DNA of 55,806 nucleotides, from positions 1 to 55,806 of the forward strand of contig MQRK01249281.1 in assembly GCA_001938485.1 (NCBI GenBank), written 5' to 3'. The stretch's first letter is position 1, and each line of letters starts with the position of its first letter. This document shows positions 21,222-32,236 of this stretch, piece after piece. The DNA comes from Girardia tigrina (Eukaryota). A model generated the notes under the pieces. The model made no database searches, had not been told where the DNA came from, and saw only the letters and a list, made by a program, of their open reading frames with translations. The position numbers and the translations under genes were made by a program.

Positions 21222-23452
21222 TGTGTGTGATTTTCGTTAATAAATTTTTGCAAGAAATTATGATTTATAATCTTGAATGAAACATTATAGAAGATAACAT
21301 CGATTCAACCAACAAGATACATCAACTTAAATAATTACCGAGCAGAGAATATTTATCTTGAACATATTTATCTTGAACATATTTAACAAACATATTTATC
21401 TTGACCAAATGTAGAAATCTTATGAAACATTAGTATTTAAAACTGAATGTTATGTAACAAGAGGCTTAATTTTTTTCTTTGATAATGTAGTAAGCCCGAA
21501 GAAAGTACAACGCATTAACAGACTTGTCACTCAAAGAATTTCAAAGTTGTGTAATAAACAATCCTGCTGGAGAAAATGCTCTTTCCGTTTTTACAGAAGT
21601 TGGAGGGATCGTAAGAAGAGCATTGTAAAGCAAATCAAGACTAGGAGTACGATTCTCTGTTGCACAAAAAACATTGAACTCTTTTTCAATGTTTGATGAA
21701 ACATTCAATATTTTCTTGCTGGTAGTGGACGTTGTCTCGTGAATGAAGTTTTCCAATTTATCTGAAAGACTCTCTTCTCGCACAGGATTTGATTCCTGAC
21801 TCTTGCTTTCTTGATCATCATCTTCTTGTTCCCTGTTACTCTGGAAAAGCCTGGAAATGAGTTCTTTAGCCTTTTTTTTGCAATACTTCTTAAGATGGCA
21901 TTGAAAACAGGTCGTCTTGTTCTTTTAAACATTTTGGATCATGGAGAAAACGAAGTAAGCTTACAAGATCACTTTGTCTCCTTTCTGTGATTCTTTTTTC
22001 AACTGCTGATGTTATTTTTTCATGCAAGATGACTCACGCATTTCAAGTTGACTAAATATTCCATCGGCAGAAAGCAATGTTGAACCTTGACGACAAAGTG
22101 CTTCAATTCCCGATTTCCGTGGCTCCAAAGCACACTTAACATCTTCAACGAGCTCAAACTCACTCTCAGTTAAGTCCATCTCAGCTGATATGTCAACCAA
22201 AGCTTTGATAATTGCTTTTCGCAAGAAAAGAAATCACTCGACCATTGTCAACATGGAGCTCCATCTTGTCTTGCAATCTTTTAAAAGTGCAAATTCTTTT
22301 CCAGGCTTAAGTTTGACATATTTCTGAAGAATTTCCCTTTTTACTGGACTTTTTCTGAATAAGTTGACTAGTGAACGAACTTTTTTAATAACACTGCCAA
22401 GCTCATAAGCTAAGCTTGGAATTTTAACATCATTCTCATCAATATTAAAGCCATCATTATAGTTTTCATCTTCATTGTCCTCAGATTCATCATCAGTGTG
22501 CTCTTCCATTTGACTGAGAGCTACATGAGAATAAAGAACATCACAGACTGCAAGATGAATGGCATCAGCTTAGCAAAGTTGGTGTTCAAATGATGTTATG
22601 CGGCCTAGAGTTTTCATTACTGATGCCCCATCAGACACTGCACTGGCAATGGAAGATTCAATGTCAAGACCAAAATCAGCCAAACAATTTTAAAGAATGG
22701 AAAGGCCTTTTTCGACTGGAAAGGAGCCTGACATTCTTATTTTTCCAAGATTTTAATGATTGCTCTTTTCATGAACATTTACATTCATGTATCTCCGGTT
22801 CCTCGAAGAAGTAAATTCATCAAGTGAAATGCAGAAACGGTGAGCTTTTTCCCTCTTCTGCACAAGCTCCTGTCGAATTTCTTCTTCAAAGATATCACGT
22901 TGATGATGAACCAGTGCCATTCTTATTTATTCATCTTTTGGAAGTTTTAAGCCTTTGTCCAGTAAAGCAGATCTTATGAATTTACTGTTACAAATAGTTT
23001 GAATAAAGATTCCATCTTGAGCAGCAAGCTTTGAAACAATTTCTTCTAAGGAGACCAATTCCTTTTTGAAGAATGCTGAAATACCTGACTGATATTTTTG
23101 TTTCTTATAAGATAGTTCTTTATCTTCATTTTTCTTCTCAAAAATATTGTATTTTTTCTGGAGATGACGTGATAATCTACTTGTACTCCATCCTTTGCAA
23201 GATATGATTTTTTGACATTCCAAGCACATGGCCTCAACCTTCATTTTATCGTTCGAAGTATTGCTAAACAAAGGACTGAGTTTGTTGAGCTGCCACTTTT
23301 GGCTTAAAATATTTTACATTTCAAATATTAAAGAAGTATGTTTATACTTACAAAAACAGTTGAATACTGCCTCATAATCTAATTTTAATTAAAATAATCA
23401 ATATAAATAATAAATTAATGAGATAATTAAACTTAATTAGATAACTAAAATA

Positions 23453-23921
23453 GGGATTTGGTCAATTTAAACGTTCAATTTAAATTTACATGTAATGGGT
23501 GTAATGCCACATACATTGGAGAGACGTCCCGTCATCTTTGTAAGAGAATCCAAGAACATGGTCGGAATGTAGGTGGGAGTAAATTTGCAGAACACAGAAA
23601 GGGTTGTAAGTCGAATGAAAACATAAACATAAATGATTTTAAAATTCTGTGTTCTCGTTTTAAAAACTATTGGGAGAGGGCGGTCTGTGAAGCACTTTAT
23701 ATCAGATCTTTAAATCCTAAGATTAATGTGCAAACGGGTCTCTCGAAAAGCCTATTAAGGGTGTTTAGATGACATAATAATCCATTGATGACATAATCAC
23801 TGCTTGCCTATATAAGCAGATTTAAAATTCATTTCTTTCTTGAGAACTGACGATGACGGTTATACCGTCGAAATTAATTGTCGTAAAAAATAAATTTAAC
23901 AAATGGCGTGTTTTTGTTTTT
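23453..23921 (+). mobile_element. 5'-truncated Penelope-like element (GIY-YIG endonuclease C-terminus plus pLTR) inserted in the hAT element
   Basis: ORF 23458..23772 has CNGCNATYIGETSRHLCKRIQEH...EALYI...PKIN. A 12-bp direct repeat ATAACTAAAATA lies at 23441-23452 and 23922-23933. Confidence 0.88.
23842..23883 (+). ncRNA. Minimal hammerhead ribozyme-like motif in the Penelope pLTR
   Basis: CTGACGA-T-GACGGT(TAT)ACCGTC-GAAA followed by palindromic ATTAAT. Stem I pairing is weak. Confidence 0.62.
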
Positions 23922-24790
23922 ATAACTAAAATACTTAATTTTTCATAATTTAAGAAAATCGGGAATTTTCCATGGATTATTGAAAAAATCAATCGAAACC
24001 GAGACTGGGAAATGAGTCAAATTTCCGGGGAAGTCCCGGTTCAGAAGCACTACTTCCAATTCGTCTTTGGTAATTGATCTATCTCGTTTTGCAACTTTGA
24101 CTACAGCTTTTTTGCAAACCATGTAAAGAAATTATCATTCGATACCCGTAATCGCGGTCAAAGCTTAAACAATTTTATAACTAAAATACTTAATTTTTCA
24201 TAATTTAAGAAAATCGGGAATTTTCCATTAATGGCCGTTAATGTTTGCGTTCATGTTGTGCGGTTTTTGTGGAATTATCCGTGACATTTTAAAATACTTT
24301 ATTAACTCCATCTTAGTTCAAAATAATTTTTCCGCTATTAAAATTTATGTTGTACATTTAAATAAATGATTTTTTTTTAAGTTTTTAAATTAAAAATTTA
24401 TTTTTATGACTAGTTTTCATTCGAAATCAATAGAGCATTCTTAGCATCTGTGACTGATTTTTTCAGGGTCTCTAAGTCCTGGCACCTTAGTGAGATATAT
24501 AGTGACAGAGTGATCCACTACACTCACTGGAAAACCTCGGATCAAACATCCATTGATCTGGTACTACACGATAATTTTTTTTGATTTGTTAACAAGCAAC
24601 TCTGATAGTTGCACCATCGGTTGGTTTGACGGACGTACTGACACATCTCGCGATCCAATTGTACCTGTCCTGAATTGTCTCGGCTAAAATTTGAACTTTT
24701 GCGGCTCGTATCGTATCGCTCATCCTAATCCTCACGTGCACATTGTGGATCACAGCGATCTTTTCTTCCAGATTGGTGATCGTATTCCCA

Positions 24791-24832
<42 letters not shown>

Positions 24833-24909
24833 NNNNNNNNNNNNNNNNNNNNNNNNNNNNNNNNNNNNNNNNNNNNNNNNNNATATATATATATATATAT
24901 ATATATATA

Positions 24910-26009
24910 CTGTCAAGTCCATTTAATATTAAAATGGCGGCATTTAATAATGTCTTTTTTCAAATTAATAATGAGATTTATGTCTCATAGCTCTACAGAA
25001 GTACTGTATTGAGCTTTTTTATGCTTTTTTATGCTTTACTATGGTAAGATTTATTATTATTTAATTAAAATATTAAATTATAAGTAATTAAATTGTAATA
25101 AAAATAAAAGAAGAGTAAAAAACTGCATTTAATATACAAAATCTTGTTTACAAAGGCCATTTTAATCACCGAAAATGTCTTCTCTTGCCATAGAGAATCA
25201 CAAATATTTTCGACAATATGTGAAATATTTGGTGAAATCCCTATAATCATCCTTTTCTATGGCACTGGAGATAAACGATTTCAGAGCACAAATTCTTTCG
25301 GGCTGCGACATTGAAAGAAATCCCGATGATGTCGACAGTTGACCTCTGACATCTCCTTTTAATTTAGAAAAGACTGCCTCTATGGGGTTTAAAAATGGTG
25401 AATATGGAGACAAATACACCATTGTGTGTAACGAGGTGATTCCCTTATGAATTGGAGCGTTGTCCTGTATGAGCCGGTAGGGAATATAGGGGTCAAGCAC
25501 AGCATTTACTTCTTCGATAAATTTCTGGTAGATGTAACCATTTACACTACCAAGAACCAATTGGTGATGGATCAAACCGCTTCTTCCAATGGCCATAATT
25601 AATAATATGTTTTGGCCTCGGTTTGATGGGACTGTGATGTTGCATGGAGTCCATAATATTTACCTTTCATTTGGCCTACGGGTCCTGAGATTAAACCCGG
25701 TTTCATCGATGTAAATGGTTTGGCTCAATAACCAACCTCCAGTTATATAATTGTAAGAATAATGATATCTGGATTATTTCACAGTTGCGGAATTGCGTTC
25801 CGCAACATAACGTATTTGTGTGTCGAGTATGTGTGTTTTGGAACACAACATGTTTTTCTATAGTTAAGCTTATTATTAACTGGATGTTTTTATTATTAAA
25901 TGGACATATTGTCTTTTTTTTCTGTCATTTCATTGGTTAATCATTTTATTTTTAGATTATATAAATTATTATTAAGTGGACATCTCATATTATTAAATGG
26001 ATTTGCTAG
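24910..26009 (-). mobile_element. IS630/Tc1-like transposon (internally deleted, DD27E) embedded in (TA)n
   Basis: Motifs IYIDETGFNL, LIQDNAPIH and YLSPYSPFLNPIEAVFSKLK. TIRs CTGTCAAGTCCATTTAATA / TATTAAATGGATTTGCTAG with TA flanks. Confidence 0.88.
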
Positions 26010-26947
26010 TATATATATATATATATATGTGTGTAAATATAAATGATAAGACAACAAAATCATTAATAAAACTTTATTTTTAAAAAACACAAAATTATAA
26101 TTTACTTTCATACCTGTAAATTTGTGTGCTTCTTCTAGCATCTAATTACCGCATACATCTATTGCATTTGCGAAATTTGACCTCTTGTGCAATAATATTC
26201 ATGTTTAATATGTTTCAATAATATATATGCTTAAAAATTATGACCTGTTATTAAAAATCAGACGCAGGTTTGCGAGATGTTTTCATTCTTATCAGCAATC
26301 TCAATTTAACTTAGAAATATAAATCAATTTTAAAATAATTTACAAAAACAATATAAAATGTTAATTTACTTAACCCTTTGCACGTGTTAATCATTGAATT
26401 CGAGCGACTATAATCGATTCACACGTTAAAAGGCTTAATTTTAACAAAATTAAAAGATTAATTATGAACTGCAATCAATTATGTAATTCAAAGACAATAT
26501 TTTTTCACTATCGTTTCAAACTTTGCACGGTTATTTAACTTTTAATAATAATAATATGTAATAATATATATTCACCAAACACAAAACATCTGATAAACAA
26601 ATGTCCTTAGTTCATGATGCACAAATTGTTCCACAATGACAAATCAAATGATAATTCTCGACGAACTCCGTAAAACCAAAAAATATAAATTTAAATTTTT
26701 TGTTGTAATAAAAATTTTAAAAATGGAAATCACAAATCGTTTACTCGATAAATCAGAATATCGAAACAAACAAATAGTATTTGAAAATCATTTAAATCAA
26801 TATGAATTTAAAAAAAGAAAAAAATTAATCGATAATTGAAATATATAAATTTGAAAGAAAATCTTTTAAAAATTATAAATATTAAATCAAATAAAATTGA
26901 TTGAAAAAATTATTTTACTCGTTGTTTAAATGTATCAATTTAATTAA

Positions 26948-28679
26948 CTAGTGAAAACAATTAATTTGTGTCGACAATTCAAATTGACTACTATTTATCG
27001 GAGAAAATGTTTAACAATTACAAGAACAAGAAAGTGACAATGGCGAATCCAAGCCGATCGAAGAAAGATGCGAAAGTTGGGTAATCTTTGCGCCATAATT
27101 TGTGATTGCATTTGAATATTCTGTTCCTTTTTAGTTCGGTCCCGAGTCCGGAGAAAGGAGTTAGTACATCCAATTGTTATTTGCATTTGGAATCATTGAA
27201 TGAAAACTGTTTTACATGATTTAGATCTGCGATCCATATAACTGTTAGATAGTCGGGTACAAGGTAAATCACCTGGAATGGCGTTAAGTGAAAATTTGAG
27301 GGTTACCGACGACTATTAAACTTGATACTCCCTCTATTTGAAAATGATATTTACATACTTCCGAGATTTTTCGTTCCAAAATACTAAGGAATTATTTTCA
27401 ATTTAAAAGAGTTTTCTTGGTTTCTTTTAATTTATCATCAGCTTTTCCTTTTTCGCCCACAATTTCATATATTTTAAGTTAATCAGAAGCATTTCTCCAG
27501 CTTTTTGAAATCCAAACTCTCGACACTTAGTCGACACTCTCTGGCTTCATACCTCTGCTGGATGTATTCATTACAAAATCCGTCACCATGGAAATTTGCG
27601 TTAGTTCAGACCTATTAGATCGTTCTGAATCCAGGAAAATTAATTAAACTTAATTTTCACCAAAAACAGAAATAAGCGGAAAGATTTATCTCAAATGTAA
27701 ACATTATTTCCGAACTCCAGTAGTGTAAATTTTTTTCAGAAAGAAAAATTATTTCACTAAAGAAAAATTAAAACATTTCAAATTCATATTCGAGATTTGT
27801 AAGTATATTATGTGAAATTAAAAAGAGACCCGTAATATATGTTGGGTGAGCTGAGTTTCGTCTTTGAAAGTTTCTGTTTTAATGTTTTTAAATCGTAATT
27901 ATTATTATTTATTGTGTCGAAATCTGTGTTGATTTAACAGTCAGTCAGTTAAATCGGCTCCCGGAGCCTTTCGGCAAAGTCGCTGTACAGACAGAATCGT
28001 CTCAATGCAACAATTCAGAGTTATTTAAACTGTACTCTGATTCACTCACTGTTCCTCCACTACTTCGCATTTTATCAACATATATATGATCATAGTAAAA
28101 TTTGAGCTTGACCGACAAACCACGAATCAGATGATAATGAAATTTCGCAAATTTAACCTAAATTGATTTTTATAAGTATAATTAGTAAATAAGTGATAGA
28201 AATCGTCAGTTATGAAATAAATTAATATTTTATTAGTATTTCCATAAAAATTTTCACAAAATTCCATGTAGGAATCATCAAAATCGTCATTATTCAAAAT
28301 AGGTGTTAATTTAACCATTTAACAACTTGTACGGTTTTCGATCGATTTCATCGGCTTCCGGGCGTCTCGGCGAAGGCGCTGCACCGATAAAATTGTATTG
28401 ATGCAGGATATTTAGATTAGGAACTTTAAATTTAAGTTGATTCACTCCGGTTCCTCCGCAATTTTGCATTTTATTTGTTGATATTATTTCTTAATAATGA
28501 AAATTTGTAATTTCTGCAAAATTGATTTTGTAGTATTGTATTGTATTGATGCCGGCTATTTAGATTGACCACGTCCTTAAATGATTCACCCTTGTTTGTC
28601 CGCAATTTAACATTGAAAAGCGTGTCCGACAAACAGACAAACAAACACACTTTTTAGACAAATATTATATATATAAGAT
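26948..28679 (+). mobile_element. Possible Helentron/HINE-type non-autonomous element with an internal duplication
   Basis: 3' end GACAAACAGACAAACAAACACACTTT...TTATATATATAAGAT. Two diverged ~125-bp copies at ~27954-28075 and ~28351-28474. The 5' boundary (ACTAG at 26948) is a guess. Confidence 0.45.
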
Positions 28680-29342
28680 AATATCAAATTCAACAAATTA
28701 CGAAATTTTTTTGAATGTTGGTTTTAAAAGAAATGTTTCATATTTTCGTAAGTTAGTGACTAGCTTGTTTTTCTTCCGTTTTCAATATTATGTTTTGTGA
28801 ATAGTTTTATTTACTAATCAATCTCTATTTAATTGATACAAAATTTTATCCGAAATATGGACTTCCGTAATGCATGTTTTTTTCAAAATATTTGTATAAA
28901 GGGACTCTTTAAAAAGTTTCGCTTTTATATTTTCGTCTTTTTCATATTTTGATTTTCAATTCTCGCAGAAATTGTCGATTGTGACTATATAATAATAATA
29001 TTTTCTAATATATCTTGACAAGGTACGTGAACCTTATTATAATCAGTAGAACCTAACAAAGAGGTGTTATTTCACTTTCCATAAGTCGGTTAAGAATAAA
29101 AATTCTTCTGATAAAACTTGTTTTAATTTCGAAATATATTACTGAAAAAAAGTATTTGTTTTTATAATGGATAGAATAAATATGCGAATTCCGTTGGAGC
29201 TCGATTAACCTATTTTATAGAAGCTAATTTGGAATTGTTTAATCTCACATTAAACTACATTCTAAAAATTAATAATAGAATTTTAATAATAGTTATCCTA
29301 AATAATTTAAATTTTTAAAAATATTTTCTATATTATTTTATC

Positions 29343-30490
29343 CACGTGGTGTGTTCAATTAGTACACGACCTACGGTAAAAAAATGTAATGGTCAATTTT
29401 ATTTTTTTGTGAAATAAAATAATAAATGGTTTTGATTTTGAATAATTGTTTTATTTTCTTCAACGCATTAAAAGGTTTATTGCAAAATTTTGAATTTTCA
29501 TCAGTACGATGATTTCAGACGTCTAATATCGCAATGTTATGAAGTTCTTTGTGTCTCAGAAGAAGATTTAAAAGACTATCTTTTAAAGTCAACTTATCTA
29601 CACGACTCCTCATCTCTGATAACTGTTAAATATTGGATCAGAGAACTTAAAGGTGTTGACATTCGTTTTTGATCAAGAAATTTTCGACACAGTTGGTGAA
29701 ACATTGGAGAAGATGAACCAAGAAAAGTGTGTAATTACTATGAAAATACTATCAACGAAGCTCAACATCATTGTTAGTACCGCACACACCACATAGAAAT
29801 CGATTGGTTTCAGAAAACAGCGGTCCAGATTTGTACTCCGTTTCTTGACTAGTGAAATGATGCGAAACCGCTTGGAGTACAGTCAGAACAACTTTAAAGT
29901 CTAGCACCTTTGAGAGACTTTCCTGGTAAATCTACTCATGGAAGATGAAATCCCCCTCAGTATGTATTTGCCAGCAATAAAGTGTGAGCCAGCAGAGTGG
30001 AAACTGTCTGGAAAAAAGCCATCTTTGAAGATACGAAAGGGGACAAGTCATAAACGAGCGATGATAATATCAATTTTCTGGGATTATAAAGGTGTTGTTC
30101 TCATGAACTTCGGGGAAATGCCTCACCATAAATGCAGTCAACTTTTGGCAACCGTCAGAAAGAATAAACTCAAGTAGAAGAACGTTCTACTATGTTTTTT
30201 CCACAAAAATGCGCCAGTACACACAGCGGACATTTTTCGGGCTACAGGTGAAGGTGCTGGACTTGTACTTGTGGATCATCAACCTTACAATCCAGATTTG
30301 ACATTGAGCGATTTTTACCTTTTAAGATAATTACAGAAGTATTTGAGAGGCATCCAGATAAAATCCAAAGACGATTTGAAGGTTGTCGTATAGGGTTTCA
30401 TCACCGCATGCCACCTGTAACTTTTAAAAAAGGCGTTATTTATTCATTGGTGGAAGTATATGTAGCGAAATGAAAATTATTTTGAAAAAC
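29343..30490 (+). mobile_element. Degenerate mariner element; right TIR missing
   Basis: Left TIR-like CACGTGGTGTGTTCAATTAG. Motifs TVKYWIRELK, IFWDYKGVV, HKNAPVHTA and HQPYNPDLTLSDFYLL. Confidence 0.82.
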
Positions 30491-30522
30491 GGTGCTAACA
30501 AACTTTGAGCTTGTTTTATTAT

Positions 30523-30964
30523 TGTGAGGAATATCTTGAATGTTTGATGTTTTGTGTTTGAATGTGTATGTTGATTTGGAAATGTATCTCTCCTACCCAG
30601 ATGGATGATTAATATTTGAATTCTTATTATCTAAAAATATGTTATGTTTAAATTTATTTTTAATTTCAAATAATTTTACAATTTTAAATAAGTTAATTAG
30701 TTTTTACAATTTTTAATAAATAAATCAAGTTAATATTTTTTAAATAAATAATAATCATTTTAATTATTATCGAATAAGATATGAGTAAATATTTTATTAA
30801 AATATTTATTTCTCAATTTGCTAAAAAAATAATAGGAATTAATTCATTAATCAATTTAGTTTAGAATGCAAAGGTACGAAAGCTTTAACAAAGATTGTCT
30901 TAAGGACAAAATCAAAATTGTTGTTTAAATAAAAATATGAAAATTCAAATTGGTGTTCTTAATA
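30523..30964 (+). repeat. 5' LTR (442 bp, TG...TA)
   Basis: TGTGAGGAATA...GGTGTTCTTAATA followed directly by TGGCGAC (PBS). Confidence 0.9.
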
Positions 30965-32011
30965 TGGCGACACACGACCACGTGACTCAGAATGTCAAAG
31001 GTCCAGAAACATTCGACGGATCTGAGACAAAAGTGGAAACATTTATAAAGAATTTCAACAGGTACGCGAAGATAATGGGATTTTCGGAGGAAAGGAAAAT
31101 CCTTTTAGTCACGCCATACATGACTCCGGAGACAATAATTAAGTATGAAACAGCACCCGGTGAAACATGTGAAGAAAAGTTAAGAGCAGCGTTCTCCAAG
31201 GAAAAAACCGTACTAGATTTAATGAAAGAAATGTTAGATTTGAGAATTGGCTCCAGCGATCCCACAATAATATTTAGAAAGGCAGACGAACTAATATAGA
31301 AATTGGTAGAGAAAAAGCTGGGTAAGAAAGAACTATCGAATTTAGTATACGCTAACTTGATAGATGATGATGATGTACAAAAGGAATGAACCATTCAAAG
31401 TATCACAAAATCCGATGAGATTGAAGAAATACAAACAAGAATGTTCGAACATGAGAAAAAGAAAAAAAATGCACCAGTGACAGTATATAATACAAAAAGA
31501 GAAAATGAATGGAAAACTGTGGAAAATAAAAAGAGAACAACAAGACCGCGGAATAGAGATACTCCAGAAGACACAAGAAATTTTAGAGTCAGGAAAATTA
31601 CTTGTTGGGCATGTCATGAAGAGATTGTCCAAATGTGACATGTAATCATTTCAATAAAAAGGACACATAAGAACACAATGTTAATAAAACCCGAATAGCT
31701 TTAAGGAACGCGAGCAATAGAAACGAGATAATGGAAGAAATCTATGGGAAAATGTTAGGAAAAATTACTCGAATCAAAGATACAGAGACCGTCCGACGTA
31801 CACAAATAGGAAATATTCAGTAGCGGAATTGGACGAATTAGATGATGAATTGTTTGGAAGAGATGACTCTTCAAGACGGGGCTATACCGACGAAACCAAT
31901 AGAAAAGTAGATTCTAAAAGACAGGAATTCAGAGGTTACAGAAAATTCAGAGATGATCAAGGAAACGAGGATGCACGATCACAGGGAGAGGTGATCAGTG
32001 TGCATCATTAG
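30964..32011 (+). pseudogene. gag (disrupted)
   Basis: MATHDHVTQNVKGPETFDGS...; in-frame stops; remnants of two zinc knuckles (ITCWACHEE.., DCPNVTCNH..). Confidence 0.8.
30965..30980 (+). promoter_or_regulatory. Primer binding site (TGGCGAC..., tRNA identity not established)
   Basis: TGG directly after the LTR; complementary to a tRNA 3' end ...GUCGCCA. Confidence 0.7.
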
Positions 32012-32236
32012 AAAGTCAACGCAGATGTATGTTTGATTGTACGTATGAATGTGTGTGTGATTGTATGTTTGATTGTATGTATGAAAATATTCCTCTAGAA
32101 ATGTGTGAATTAGATAGTTTGAATAAAGAAAATTATGAAAAATGTGATAGCATGGATTTTGAAAAAGAAAGAAAGCAAAGAAATATTAGACTAGATATAA
32201 TAAAAATAGCAAAGCTTGACATAAATTATAAAAAAA

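Larger units (their letters stand above)
21480..24052 (-). mobile_element. hAT transposon (BED finger, DDE core, dimerization domain), pseudogenised
   Basis: Motifs CLECQKIISC..STSRLSRHL (BED), ISLDEFTSSRNRRYMNVNVH, SDGASVM, LFRKSPVK..DCKTRWSS and IPPTSVKTERAFS. 5' TIR TAGTGCTTCTGAACCGGGA ends at 24052. Stops and frameshifts present. Confidence 0.9.

Noticed and set aside
24691-25012. ORFs with IYIYIY and X runs (also 17979-18268 and 43636-43881)
   Set aside because: Artefacts of (TA)n microsatellites and N gaps.
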